From: Diplonema japonicum
Taxonomy: Eukaryota; Protista; Euglenozoa: Diplonemea
Direction of reading: 5' to 3'
DNA: 64,000 nucleotides
NCBI GenBank assembly: GCA_964019335.1
Contig: OZ025684.1
Coordinates: 496,001 to 560,000 of the forward strand
Every line of letters starts with the position of its first letter. The stretch's first letter is position 1. Of this stretch, positions 9,270-20,695 are shown in pieces. The position numbers were made by a program, and so were the translations under genes. Below the pieces are notes generated by a model. The model saw nothing but the letters and a program-made list of their open reading frames with translations. It ran no database searches and was not told the DNA's origin.

Positions 9270-12200
9270 TCATCCAGAACACTGCACCTGGTTTTGAATT
9301 GTGTATCTTGTTACTCCAACATACATAGTAGAAAGATGCTGTTCGATAGCCTCGTAAGGGTCCTGGTGTGGTGTAGTGACAGTGGCTTTGCTACGCTGCG
9401 AGGGGTACGAGGGAAGGTCTTGCGGGGTGTGCTGTTGTTGGAGGAAGAGGTGAGTGGAGTTGGCGGTTGACTGGTATCGCTCTTGGGGGACGAGCCATGA
9501 TGCTGACACGGTGTTCAAGGGAGTGAAGAACTGAGGGCTGCGGGACATGTGATGATCTGTCGGGGGTGTGCTGTACTGCAGGGTCGTCCCTGATCGTGGG
9601 CGGGACAAAAGCTCCCCCGTGGTCAGCTTGTCAGCAGACCTGGAGCGCGATCTAGCACGCGTTGTGGTAGCAGTTACAGTGCGTTCAGGGAGGGGGTCAA
9701 CGATGAATTCTTCCTCCATGCGGTCGGGGAGGTCGTCTGGCTTGAATGAAGCTTCACGCGCCTTTGCCAAGGCCCTGCTGTGCGCTGATATCGTAGGTTT
9801 ATGTGAAAAGGTCTCTTCCCCACGCTGCTTCATGATCTTCTTCTCCGTCTTTCGCCTCGCTGCTTGCACGGTCTCGATATTTGACATCTTTTTCGCAGCT
9901 GCCAGGATCTCCTCCTCGGTCCGCACAATCTTCCTCGGGCCCACGTATCCCACAGGATTGACTTCCCGCCTTTCTGTCGATACACTCCGACTCTTTGCCA
10001 CTCCTACCCTCGGCCGCCTGTTCACAATGTCCAGCGACCGTGGGTTAAGCTGTGGTTTTGCTGGGCACTCCTCTTCCTTCAGCTTCTGCGCCTTCCTGTT
10101 AAACTTCCTAGTCCGCTCGGCTGTCTTTGACAACATCTTGTCCACAACATCTTTCGCATTTGGATCCTTGTAGACCTTCTTCAAGTGACTATTCTCTTCT
10201 TCCTCTTGCATTCTCCGTTTCTTTTCCAGTTTCCTCTCGGTCTCTTTCTGAGACTTAATCGTCCTATCGTAGATGCTAGGTCTCTCCTTCGCGCCTAACT
10301 CATAAGACTTCGGGTTCAGAACCGGCTCGAAAACACCGCCTGGAGGTTGGTGCTGGTGTCTCTTCGAAAAGTGTTCGATGGCATGGTGGTGCCAATCTGC
10401 AACGGGGGACTTGTAAGCCTCACCAGATCGCTCAATGATCTTATGTGAGTTAGCTGACATCGACGCTTTGCTCTCCACTAGCAGCTGCTCTTCCTGCTTC
10501 TGCCTGTCGAGCAGTTTTGCTTCTCGTTCCATTTGGCTCCTTCTCTTCCACTCATCGGTGTATCTGTAAAACTCCCCCCTCCCCGGCAGGTTTCGTGCCT
10601 CTCGTGTGATGACCGGTTTGTTGCGCAGCTCTGCAAGCTCCTCCTGTTCCCTCTTACTCAGCTCCCGCTCACGGATCTTCTGCTTAGTCGCCTCCATAAG
10701 GCGACCCCTTTCGTGCAGCATGTCGTAGTACTCTTCACTGTACAGCGTCGCCATCGCCACCTCTTCAATGTTCTGCGTGTGGATCTCCCCCGCAGCGTAC
10801 GCGTCACGCGACACACTCCACAGCAGCGTAAACCAAGGCGGCAAATAGTACGTAGGGGAGTACGCACCCTTTGTTTGTGTCGTGTGCAGTGCAGTTGTGT
10901 TCAAACTCTCGTTCACTGGATACGACACTTCCGACCCTGCAGGAGTCCCGTGGGGCCCCTCTGGCAAACCCTTCGGTTGGTCGGGCACCAAGCTGGCTGA
11001 CTTCACGTACGAAGGGGACTTGTTCCTATCTTCTTCTCTTGGGGTAGGCGGATAGTACGGCTCAAAAAACAGTTCTGCTGGGACTTCCTGTGGCTCGTCC
11101 ATATACTTCTGCAGCAAGGGGTTTTTATAAGGGCTACTTTCTGGTTGTGGCTCTTTTGGCTTCGCTTCTTCCTTAATATCGCTGACCACCTGTTCCCGCA
11201 GCTCTGTAAACCCTGGTGGTACCTGCTGTACAGTCTCGCCCCTGTACTCTGCACTGTCGTCAGACGTCCATCCGTCGGAGACGTCATCCTCGATTGCTTT
11301 CTCTTTCTCTTTTGCGGAATACACCCGAAAGGCAGCGTATGCTTTCTTCAAGGACATTGCGTATTGCTCAGTACGTGGTTGGTATGTGTCTGGGTGGGAG
11401 GGCTTGATAGAAAGGTCGAGGATAGAGGCCAAGGGGCGATGTGTAACCCTGTTGAAAAGGGCAGCACGAGATGAGACAGGGCAGGAATCGACCTCTGCTC
11501 CCCAAGCGTGGTACAGGATACGAGAGGTGCGTCCGTTGTGACGAGTGGGCAGGGGCTGCGCTGTGTGCGAGGCGTCAGCATGGTCGAAGTAGGAGGTGAT
11601 GTTGGCAGCCTTTGTGTCAGTGTCAGAGAAGGCAGGCAAGCAGTGCTCGTTCTTCATGGACACAGCCAGTTGGTCTTTCCCATCCTGTATCCTTGACTCC
11701 AGCCCCCCCAGCACCACCACCACGTCGTTCTCTCCCACTGCCGCCCCGCCTTCCCGCAGCAGCGCATCGCTCGACGCCCCGTCTCGCAGGGAGATTGCGT
11801 GCAGCCTTGCTTTCCCAGCTTCTGTGGTGTACAGCTTTCCGTCTCCTTCGAGTACACCTCCAGCTGCTTTGTAGCTTTCTGACAGACAATAGAAGCTGCT
11901 CTCTACCCTGCTGGTGTGGTTCCTAACTCCCTTCGGCCACCCCCAGTTCGCGATGAGTATCCGTCGCTGGCCATCGCCGGAACGATACGTCAGCTGCGCC
12001 GTTGTGCTACACACGCCACGCTCATCGAACGAGCCGACCACAACTTGCGCCGGGGCCGAGCGCTCCAATGCGTGCACCGACAGATACGAGCTGCCCCTCT
12101 CTACGTTGGCCACTTCGATGTACCTACCTGATCCTGATGCGTCGCTCAAGAAGAACTTGCATAAGAATGCTTTCCACAACGCCGAGGCCTGAGCAGGGCC

Positions 12201-12338
12201 GTGAAGCCCTATAGCAATCAGGTCAGGGGGGCGGAGTGACCTAGTTGCAGCTTTAAGGGCTTGAGTGTCCTCATCTTCAGGTTGGCGGAGATCCTGCGAC
12301 ACCTTCCATGTAATGGCAGCCAGCTTGAGCACCTCCAT
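9270..12338 (-). CDS. Degenerate inositol polyphosphate 5-phosphatase-like domain fused to a coiled-coil region with P.IN..S-type repeats
   Basis: Ordered remnants of IPPc motifs: ITWKV, PDLIAIGLH, VVLGGLESRI, TSRILY, THRPL. C-terminal repeats NKPVITREA, FEPVLNPKS, AKPQLNPRS, FSHKPTISAHS. Confidence 0.7.
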   Translation of the reverse strand: MEVLKLAAITWKVSQDLRQPEDEDTQALKAATRSLRPPDLIAIGLHGPAQASALWKAFLCKFFLSDASGSGRYIEVANVERGSSYLSVHALERSAPAQVVVGSFDERGVCSTTAQLTYRSGDGQRRILIANWGWPKGVRNHTSRVESSFYCLSESYKAAGGVLEGDGKLYTTEAGKARLHAISLRDGASSDALLREGGAAVGENDVVVVLGGLESRIQDGKDQLAVSMKNEHCLPAFSDTDTKAANITSYFDHADASHTAQPLPTRHNGRTSRILYHAWGAEVDSCPVSSRAALFNRVTHRPLASILDLSIKPSHPDTYQPRTEQYAMSLKKAYAAFRVYSAKEKEKAIEDDVSDGWTSDDSAEYRGETVQQVPPGFTELREQVVSDIKEEAKPKEPQPESSPYKNPLLQKYMDEPQEVPAELFFEPYYPPTPREEDRNKSPSYVKSASLVPDQPKGLPEGPHGTPAGSEVSYPVNESLNTTALHTTQTKGAYSPTYYLPPWFTLLWSVSRDAYAAGEIHTQNIEEVAMATLYSEEYYDMLHERGRLMEATKQKIRERELSKREQEELAELRNKPVITREARNLPGRGEFYRYTDEWKRRSQMEREAKLLDRQKQEEQLLVESKASMSANSHKIIERSGEAYKSPVADWHHHAIEHFSKRHQHQPPGGVFEPVLNPKSYELGAKERPSIYDRTIKSQKETERKLEKKRRMQEEEENSHLKKVYKDPNAKDVVDKMLSKTAERTRKFNRKAQKLKEEECPAKPQLNPRSLDIVNRRPRVGVAKSRSVSTERREVNPVGYVGPRKIVRTEEEILAAAKKMSNIETVQAARRKTEKKIMKQRGEETFSHKPTISAHSRALAKAREASFKPDDLPDRMEEEFIVDPLPERTVTATTTRARSRSRSADKLTTGELLSRPRSGTTLQYSTPPTDHHMSRSPQFFTPLNTVSASWLVPQERYQSTANSTHLFLQQQHTPQDLPSYPSQRSKATVTTPHQDPYEAIEQHLSTMYVGVTRYTIQNQVQCSG

Positions 12339-12448
12339 CCTGCTCTACCTGCCTGTGGTGGTTGAACTTTTGAGAACAAAAAAAGAACATTGTAAAAACA
12401 CCCCACAAAGTGTAAACCGCAAGAAAAAGGAACCCTTACTCCGTATCG

Positions 12449-12748
12449 TTAAAGCTCGTTCACCATCACTTTCCGCACACCATTCGCGCCAAAGTAACTC
12501 GTGTTTACGGTGTGCACGAAGGCGGGGCCGCATGACCCTTTGTGATGCCTCCTGCCTAAGTACCCGGCAACGTGTGGCGTTAGTTTTTGTACACATGTAT
12601 TACCATCCTTTTTGTTCCTGTGTATCAGCGTGAGATGTTGTAACTGTGGGTGTTTAATGACATTGGGGAAAAAAAAAAACATGATTAAACATACCTCAAG
12701 GTTGCCCTCCTTCGGCAAGGCAGGCAGGCCAGACGGCACCGCAGTCAT
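12449..12748 (-). CDS. Small hypothetical protein (~82 aa), probably with one intron at 12644-12694
   Basis: ATG ORF with an in-frame GTATGT...CACAG segment holding a T-run, matching the other introns in the window. Confidence 0.5.
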   Translation of the reverse strand: MTAVPSGLPALPKEGNLEVCLIMFFFFPNVIKHPQLQHLTLIHRNKKDGNTCVQKLTPHVAGYLGRRHHKGSCGPAFVHTVNTSYFGANGVRKVMVNEL

Positions 12749-13047
12749 AACACCTGTTCACGAATACTAGCAAATGAACATAAGATCCAAATAATTTCAC
12801 TACACTCAACTAAGCAAGAATAGGTAGATAACAAAACGTGAATATAACAGCGTGAGGGGGGGGGGGGGGGGGCATTTGACACTTTTTTTTCTCAGTTCTC
12901 TCTTTTTTTTTTTTTTTTTTTTTTCCAAAGCTGTTCTATTATTCCTCCGGGCACGTTAGCAGAAGTGAATCAACAAGAAATTAAAATGGAGGGAACACAC
13001 AAGCGAAATAAGAAGAAACACGCATGAGGAGGGGGTGAGAGGTGTAT

Positions 13048-13294
13048 CTAATGTATTTGCATCCACAAAGCGTATGCCGGTTTGCATGCCATGCCGCCTC
13101 CTCTGGGGAGGTCCACCGCAGTCTGTCATGTTTTTTTTCTTCTTTTTTTTTCCTTTTCTTTAATTCAAATACCGTAAGGTCTTCCTCGGACATAGGAATC
13201 CCAGACAGGCCGCAAGAGACAAAGAACTCACCAGGGGCCGGTCCAAACTGGTAGACAGGAAGACCGAGCTGCAGGGTAAAGATTAGTTGGTTTC

Positions 13295-13329
<35 letters not shown>

Positions 13330-16300
13330 CCTTTTTTAACATGGCGTACCTTGCTTGCTTCTTCTTCCACTTTCTTCAGTCGGCGATCAAGGCTACTGAG
13401 GAGCGAATTTACAAAGCAAGATTTGCAGAACGCGATGAGCTGAGGGAGCGAACTGCTGCCATCCACAGCCTTTCCTGTGAGTGCGGCCAGGTGTACATGT
13501 CTCTCAGCGCGGGAAAGTGTCTCAAGTCCTAAACGGTGCACGGGGTTCTTAATCGTTTTCATCAGCGGTCCTATCTCCGTCACCACCCACGCTAGTCTCT
13601 GTTTGTTCATATCGGCAGCAGCAGCGTACGCGCCCCTCTCCACTTCCTCTGCTATGGCGTCGTCGAGGCTCGTCTGTATCCCTTGGAAGGTGATCAAGTC
13701 TTCCTCGGGAACTCCGATCGCCTTGGCCACCTCCTGAATGTCCATGAGACCCCCTAGCGACACGCTGCGGTCCATAAGCATCCCCAGCTTCTCAACCTCC
13801 TTACTACTTGCCGCCATCTCAAGCAGCATGCCTAACTCCGTGGCCTTCGTGACACCCATCGCCAGCACCTCTAGAAGTGTCGCCTTAATATCCGGTTTAG
13901 CAGGTGTCGCACTGAAGAAATCATCCACTGACACAGCAGCGGGAGCGGGGGTGGCAACGTCCCCGAAGCTGTCGTTGTTCGCAGCAGGCTTCTTCACAGT
14001 AGTAAACGCATCGAAGAAATCATCGACAGGCGCTGGGTTGGCCTTGGCTTGTGGTGCAGTTGCCTGCGCTTCCGCAGTTGTGCCAAACAGGTCAAACATA
14101 CTGTCAGTTGCTTGTTCTTTAGGCTCTTCTTTTGCAGGGTTGAACATATCGAAGGTGGGGGTTGCTGTGACCTCCACGGCCTTGGGTGCAGGTGCAGTCA
14201 GGTCTCCAAAGCTGTCGTTGAGCTGGCTCTCTTGACGATCTTCCTTCGCAAAATGGTCAAACGAGCTGCCGGCCTCTTGCATGCCACCATTACTTGCGCT
14301 TTGCGTGACAGGCGGCAGCACAGGACCCCCAAACATATTGTTTTGCGGTTTATCTTCATCAACAACCTGCGAGACAGGAGGCAGGGCACTGAACATGTCA
14401 ACAGGCGGTATCACGTTGTCATTAACGCTCTGCGGGACGGGCGGAGGTACAGCGCTAAACATGTCGTCTGATGCCACTTCTTCACTGGTATTTTGTGGAA
14501 TGGGCGGCGGCCCTGCATCATTAAACATGTCTGTGCCCGTCTGCGTGTCGAGTGGTGCTTGCATGCTTCCAAAATCGTCTGCAGGCTCTACACACTTGTC
14601 ACTAGACTTCATGTCTCCGAAAGCGTCTTCATCTGCGGTGTGCTGAGGAATAGGTGGTGGCATGTCACCGAACATATCACCACCATCTGGGGGCGGCAGC
14701 ACATCCACAGGCACGGGGGCCTGCATGCTGCCAAAGTCATCCGTTTCCTGAGCGACAGGTGGCGGTGCAAACATGTCTGCTGATCCAGACTGCATCCCCC
14801 CAAAATCATCTGTTTGCGGAACACACGGCACGCTGCTGAACATCATATCAGCCGTTCCACTTTCCTGCTGACTTATGCCAGTAGAAACTACGGCAGGTGG
14901 TGCGAAAAGGTCCCCTGTGCTGACTGGCTGCAAACTATTGAAATCTTGTTCGGTCGCAAACATGTCACTAGCAGCCGCTTGAGTAGGTGCAAAAGGTGGT
15001 GGCACGTTGCCAATAGAAGTATCGCTGGCTGTCTGTGCCTCCGGTGCTTGTTTGGTGCTTCCGAAGTCTGCCTGCGGGATGGGTGGTGGCATGTCTCCAA
15101 ACATATCACCAACACTGCCAAGAGATTGTGACTGCATGGTGCCAAACATATTGCCACTATCCTGTGGCTCCGGTGCTGTTGTGGGTGCCTGCATATCGCC
15201 AAAGTCTTCGTCTTGATGTGGGGTACTTAAAGCGGAGGAAGCAGGAGGCATTGAACTGGTGGGTAGCGGTGGTGCTCCAAACATGCCATTGGTAGGCAGG
15301 TCTGACTTCATCGGTACTCCGAACATGTCAGTCGGCTGTGTCTCAGGTTTGTGCATGTCCCCCAAGATGTCTTCCTGGGCAGCATTCTGGGGAATAGGCG
15401 GAGACATGCAGTCTGTCTGTTTGCTGCCACAGTTCTCATTCGAAGAGGCAGGCACAAACATGTCGGTAGGTTGCATACTACCAAATGCGTCACTTGCAGT
15501 TGGTGGTGGCACAACTTGTGCGCCTGCTGATGGAATGGACGGCGCTAAGTCCTCAGAACTCGTCGTTTGAGGAATAGGTGGCGGCATGCTGCTGAACATG
15601 TCTACAGTGCCAGAAGGGACAGGCGGTACGCCAAGAGAAGTTGTAGGTGCTGCAGCCTGCAGGCTGCCAAAGTTGTCAGAAAACACTTCTGCAGTGCCAG
15701 AAATGGGTGGCATTGCAGCAGACGTTGTAGGTGCGGCTGTCATGCTGCCGAAGTCAGACTCGGCAGTGGACGCAAAAACAGGGGCTGATCCATCCATAGA
15801 GAAGGACGACGAAGGAATAGGTGCAGCATCTAGAGAAGTGATTGCTGGCGCACCAAACATGCCTACGGCCTGCGCCGACTGCAGTTCACCGAAATCATCG
15901 CTCTGAGCGGCACTTTGGGAAGCGTGCGGCGTCTGTGCAAGCGCTGCTGGCGTTTGCAGTTGAGTGGCTTGCTGCATAACCCCAAAAGTATCATTTGCAG
16001 GAGGCGTGGTCTCCGAGGTCAAGGCAGTACTTTGCATGGCACCAAATCCATCTGTAGAACCGTCAGGCACGGGTTGCTGCATAGGTGCTTGCATGAGTGG
16101 CTGTTGCATGGCAGGCACGGGTTGCTGCATAGGTACTTGCATGGTGCTCTGCATGGGCTGTTGCAGGTGCTGTTGCTGTTGTTGAGCAAATGCGCTGGTT
16201 GGCAAACTGGATCTCTTTTGTTGGAAGAGTGCTATGGCTTGTTGCAAGTCACCGTGCGATGCTTCGAGGAGGAACTTCGCATACTTCTCTACAAGTCCTG

Positions 16301-16580
16301 TTTGCTGCATGATGGCGTTTAGGGGAGAAGCCGCTTGCCGTGCTTGGTCGGCCTGTGCAAACATCATTGCCAAAGGGTTCAGGGCAGGCTGAACTTGTTG
16401 CTGCTGTGGCTGCTGGTATTGCTGCTGTTGCATTCCATACTGGGGATGCTGTTGATACTGCTGTTGTTGTTGATACTGTTGTTGCTGTTGCTGTTGTTGT
16501 TGTCGTTGTTGTTGCTGCTGTGCGGGCGCTGGTTTTTTGCTCTCATTAACAAAGCCTTGCAGGTACTTGTCAAGGTCCAT
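13048..16580 (-). CDS. Synergin-gamma/aftiphilin-like AP-1 accessory protein; introns 13269-13349 and 13123-13172
   Basis: N-terminal polyQ; long low-complexity region with many DDFG(S/D/E)(M/L) and DMFG motifs. Splicing removes two Lys-run artefacts and gives the C-terminus SCGLSGIP...GGGMACKPAYALWMQIH*. Confidence 0.65.
16390..16520 (-). repeat. CAG/CAA polyglutamine tract
   Basis: (tgc/tgt)n on the plus strand, within the coding sequence. Confidence 0.9.
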
Positions 16581-16690
16581 TTTCACCCCCGTCGGAACCC
16601 AGCTCACCCCACCTGAGAAGATATCGAAACGCACAAGAACTGAGCAGTACTAGTTTAATACAAAAGAAGAAGAAGAAACTCTTATAAGTA

Positions 16691-16896
16691 CCGTTTTCGG
16701 AAATATATTCGACAGGAAATGCACTGCTTCAACACGAAATATGGACTGAAGAAGGATGATGCACAAGGCACAGAGCAATAAGTAATATTATTTCTCGACC
16801 GGAATTAAATTCGGCGCTTTGAAGGTACAAAAAGAGGAACTGGCTGTTTCGCACGTGTCCGGCATTTTTTCCAGTCGAATGTGTTTCCGAATACGG
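16691..16896. mobile_element. Putative pogo/Tc2-like MITE
   Basis: Imperfect ~32-bp TIRs: ccgttttcggaaatatattcgacaggaaatgc versus reverse complement ccgtattcggaaacacattcgactggaaaaaatgc. TA on the left flank only. Confidence 0.6.
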
Positions 16897-16929
16897 ATGG
16901 GTTTTTTTTCTTTTTCCCCTCCTTTTTTT

Positions 16930-16974
<45 letters not shown>

Positions 16975-17182
16975 CCTTTTTTAAAATAAAAATTAAAACA
17001 GTAAAATCTTTTTTAGCACCAATGTCTTGCTAGAACAAAAAGCCACGATTGACCGCAGACCCTCACCCTGGGTTCAATTATTCGTGTTCTTTCTCCTTTT
17101 ATTTGTTGGCGAAAACAGAAGCAGCTTTACTTATTAACGTTATCAAAGGGACGTTGGTGTGTAGGTATTGTACAGTGACAGC

Positions 17183-19756
17183 TTACGGCGTTTTAACTTT
17201 GAGAGTGTACCTGCTTTTGATGTTCTCGTCACCTGCAGGAGGGGTCTGGAAGGGGTAGTACATGACATAGTTAACTTGCCAGATGTTGTTCCAGAGGTTG
17301 TAACCCATCCCAATGACAGAATCCGGCTGCAGGGGATCCATGCTGAACAGGAAGGGTGTGGGCGGTGCGTTTGCTGTGATGGGCGACACGACAGCCGCAT
17401 CAAGAGAGTTGATGTCGAGGTCACCCCACGTGACGCCAGGCCACACAGCGTGCTGCTTCGGGTTACCATTCTGGATGGTGTCGTAGGGAGACACGGGATG
17501 TCCCAGTTTGTGCATGGTCCACGTGTACCCCTGATCGGGCACAGGGTAGAAGGAGTAGTGCATCGCCTCTGACAGTCTTGTCTCTGTCTTATCAAAGTTC
17601 AGCATCTCCAAGTTGATGGTGTTCGCGTCCACCACCTCGACACTCACCCACACATGGCTTGGCGCTCCGTAGTCAGTGTGTAAAAAGTTTTGAAATGTCG
17701 CCTTGCACAGTGCTTGGCAGTTGTCGTTCTTTACATACACCTCGTGCTCACTTGTAGGACGATAGTCCCCCCTCGTGCAGCCAGTGTTGTTCGTCATGTT
17801 GGGCTTGAAATATCCACAACCCCCGCCTAAGGGCCCCTTGTAGACCGCGGCCATCTTGTCAAAGTCGTCGTTTGTGTAGGTGCTGTACACGATGTCGCCC
17901 ATCACGTGGTCGGGCGAGGCCCATTCCCTGCCGCCGAGGACCATCTTATCCAAGCTGCAGCTTTGGGTGAACCTGTACTGCGCGCCCTTGCACGTGAAGG
18001 TGGTGTTCAGCTTCTCTTGACGATAGCCTTTAAGGTCGGGCTCTTGCACGTTCTTCACGTTGTCGAGGGCCTTCTGCACGTTGTTCCTTACGGGATGGTC
18101 CTTCAGCGCTTCAACTGCAAAGTCAATCCATGCACGACGCTCGACGAAACTGTTGGTCTGGTCTGCCCAGTAGCCTTCGTACTTCGCGGTGGCGAAATCC
18201 GCGTTGGACCACGTGTTCCACTCAGGGACACCAGGGAGCCCAGCGGTGTGCTCAGGTATAGTCAGAATCAGCCTCGTCGCGTTGTAGATCCTAGCATCGC
18301 TGATGTTGCAGTAGGAGCAGCCCTCTAGTTCCCTGACAAAGGCACGGTACTGCGAGTAGGCAAGCACGTCACTAGGCACACCCTGGATCCATGTGTCGCC
18401 GATTTCTGCTGTAATGACAGGGAGTTTCGCCTTTACTGGCGAGTTTCCCACGTTGGCTGTAAACGCCTGGAGTGTCGAGGAAAACACACTTGCACCAGGG
18501 AACTCCGTCCTCAGGATCTCAAAGACATTAGTGACCGCCTGGATGCTCTCAGGAGGACCGCTGTTGTCCGTACGGAAAGCGAAGCACAGTGCCTCATCAA
18601 ACCCGTCAAACATCATACAATCTTCCCTGCAGAGCCCTCCGCAGTTCTCAGCGTTCGGACCCGGGTCTCCAGGGTAGCCACCTGCATGGTTCATGGTCAG
18701 GATCTCCGTGTTGGTGGCCTCGTCCTTCCACATGAACATCTTGTGCGGGTACCACCCACCAGTTGCCGGTGTGCCTTGGTTCTGTCCAATTGTGATTGCC
18801 TTGAACCCATTCTTCACTAGTAACGGGACAACACTCCTCGTGCTTCCGGGCACGTCCCTCAGGTTGTACACTTTATTCTTCGGCTTCGGCACACCGAGCT
18901 CTTCTGCAATCTGGTTCGTCATCTCCAAACCCCACTCAAAGAAGCCGCCCCAGCCTACCGCTTCGCTCTGAAGGTTGAACGGGCCGTCGTGCCACACGAT
19001 GTCGCCGCGTTTCGCAGCAGCTGCGAAGGCTTGCTTGTCAGCTTCAGAGGGGCAATAGAGCTTTGTCCCGTTGGCCAGGAGGGCGTTGGGTAGGCAGTTT
19101 ATGTAAAGCGACACAAGCCAGGGATGTGTCGTGTAGATGAACTGGTTCTCTGGTGACAGGGCGCGGGTGAGGTTAGCAAGCTGGATAACACTGGGGAAGT
19201 ACTCGGAGGTGTAGCTGTTGAGGACGTTTGCCATGAAGCCGATGGGGTTGCCCTCGGGGGTATGGATGGCGAAGCCGATGTCGAGGTGGTTCATGAAGAC
19301 AACATGCACCTTCTTGATGGGCTGCTGCTTTTGCCAAACCCATCCGTTGCTCCATGTTATGTGCGAGCAGTTCGTGATCGTTCCATCCAAGGAGAGCCCT
19401 TGTGCGCTCGACTTATCGATGTCCACATGTGCAGCCCCTGTCTGGCTGTTCACGGTGCCCTCCCCATAGCTCCAGTTCCCCGCAGTCACTGCCATCACTG
19501 TGAATGTCGTGTCGCTTGTTGTTGTGAAGTAGTATTCGTCTGTGCGTGCGCCGACCTGTTGCCCCGTCCACGCTCCGGTGAGGTTGCAGTCTGGAGCTCC
19601 TGTCCTCAGCAGCTCACCTGTGTCAGGGTGGTATTTTAACCTCTTTGCAAATTGTGGCCGTCTAATGAATCGATCCCAAAACGGCCTCTCGGCCTCAGTA
19701 TGCCCTTCACACACGAATATTAGGCACATGCCGACTAGCGTCAGACATAAACGCAT
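17183..19756 (-). CDS. Secreted GH38-like / DUF5054 glycoside hydrolase, copy 1 (intronless)
   Basis: Signal peptide; KKVHVVFMNHLDIGF, DVPG, DNSGPP, LPV..AEIGDTWIQG and EHT motifs. Confidence 0.8.
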   Translation of the reverse strand: MRLCLTLVGMCLIFVCEGHTEAERPFWDRFIRRPQFAKRLKYHPDTGELLRTGAPDCNLTGAWTGQQVGARTDEYYFTTTSDTTFTVMAVTAGNWSYGEGTVNSQTGAAHVDIDKSSAQGLSLDGTITNCSHITWSNGWVWQKQQPIKKVHVVFMNHLDIGFAIHTPEGNPIGFMANVLNSYTSEYFPSVIQLANLTRALSPENQFIYTTHPWLVSLYINCLPNALLANGTKLYCPSEADKQAFAAAAKRGDIVWHDGPFNLQSEAVGWGGFFEWGLEMTNQIAEELGVPKPKNKVYNLRDVPGSTRSVVPLLVKNGFKAITIGQNQGTPATGGWYPHKMFMWKDEATNTEILTMNHAGGYPGDPGPNAENCGGLCREDCMMFDGFDEALCFAFRTDNSGPPESIQAVTNVFEILRTEFPGASVFSSTLQAFTANVGNSPVKAKLPVITAEIGDTWIQGVPSDVLAYSQYRAFVRELEGCSYCNISDARIYNATRLILTIPEHTAGLPGVPEWNTWSNADFATAKYEGYWADQTNSFVERRAWIDFAVEALKDHPVRNNVQKALDNVKNVQEPDLKGYRQEKLNTTFTCKGAQYRFTQSCSLDKMVLGGREWASPDHVMGDIVYSTYTNDDFDKMAAVYKGPLGGGCGYFKPNMTNNTGCTRGDYRPTSEHEVYVKNDNCQALCKATFQNFLHTDYGAPSHVWVSVEVVDANTINLEMLNFDKTETRLSEAMHYSFYPVPDQGYTWTMHKLGHPVSPYDTIQNGNPKQHAVWPGVTWGDLDINSLDAAVVSPITANAPPTPFLFSMDPLQPDSVIGMGYNLWNNIWQVNYVMYYPFQTPPAGDENIKSRYTLKVKTP

Positions 19757-20695
19757 TGTTCTTGAGGTTACCCTCCTTTTTATTTTGTTTTCGTTGTACT
19801 GTTAACCCTTGAAATAGACCAGAGCTGATTTTACCAGTTGTTAACCTTTATCCAACCAGCTGCTTCTGTGGAAGCAGGCACTGCAAAGCATTCCTCAAGT
19901 CTATCGAGAGCAGGGTCTGGGGTCAGTTTGCAGAAAAGAACGGGATGGAAAGATTTTTAAAATCTGGGCTAAAGCGTTCAGAGTGTCGGAGCAACTATGG
20001 GGGTTTCTTTCTCTCCCAGATTCGTAGAGCGTAGCACCCATTTTATGTGACATGCGACAGGCGAGAGGATAGCAATTGAAGAAGAAAAGGGGCGACAAGG
20101 AAGGGGTTACTAAAAAAGGGGGCGGCGGGGGGGAAGTACCTCGATATCACAACATGTGTGGGAGAATCGAGTTTTTCTTCGTATGACGGCCGAAAGGTTG
20201 GAGAACAAGGGGGGGGGTGACACGCCCAGGCCGCGACTCCTCATGTCTACGTTGACGAGCCTTCTGTATCTCTGTTAACTTAGCACTTAACAATATTCTT
20301 CTCAGAAAACATAATACATCTTATCGGCGCTCTTGCAACGCCAACGTGCCCAAAAATATGTGAACATTCCAGCGACTTTTTTTTTTGAAAGGAAAACACT
20401 ATTGCACCCGAAAAAAAAAGAATTTCGTCAAGAAAAGGCTTTTCCAGTCACTTTTTCTTGCCGAAGGTTATTCCGGAGGTACGCTAACAGTGGCTGAAGC
20501 CTCAAAATCTTCAAGCCCCTTCAGGTCCAATTGACGCCGTCAGTCCAAAAATACTTTTTTGCAGCTAAATAGTTTTCGTCACTTCTTCTCTTGACGATTT
20601 TCTTTCTTTCTTTTTTTTTTTTTTTTTTTTCTGTCCGTCATGCAATATTCGGAGAAAAAGGAAAAGAGAAAAAAAGAAAAGACAAAAAGTTAAGA

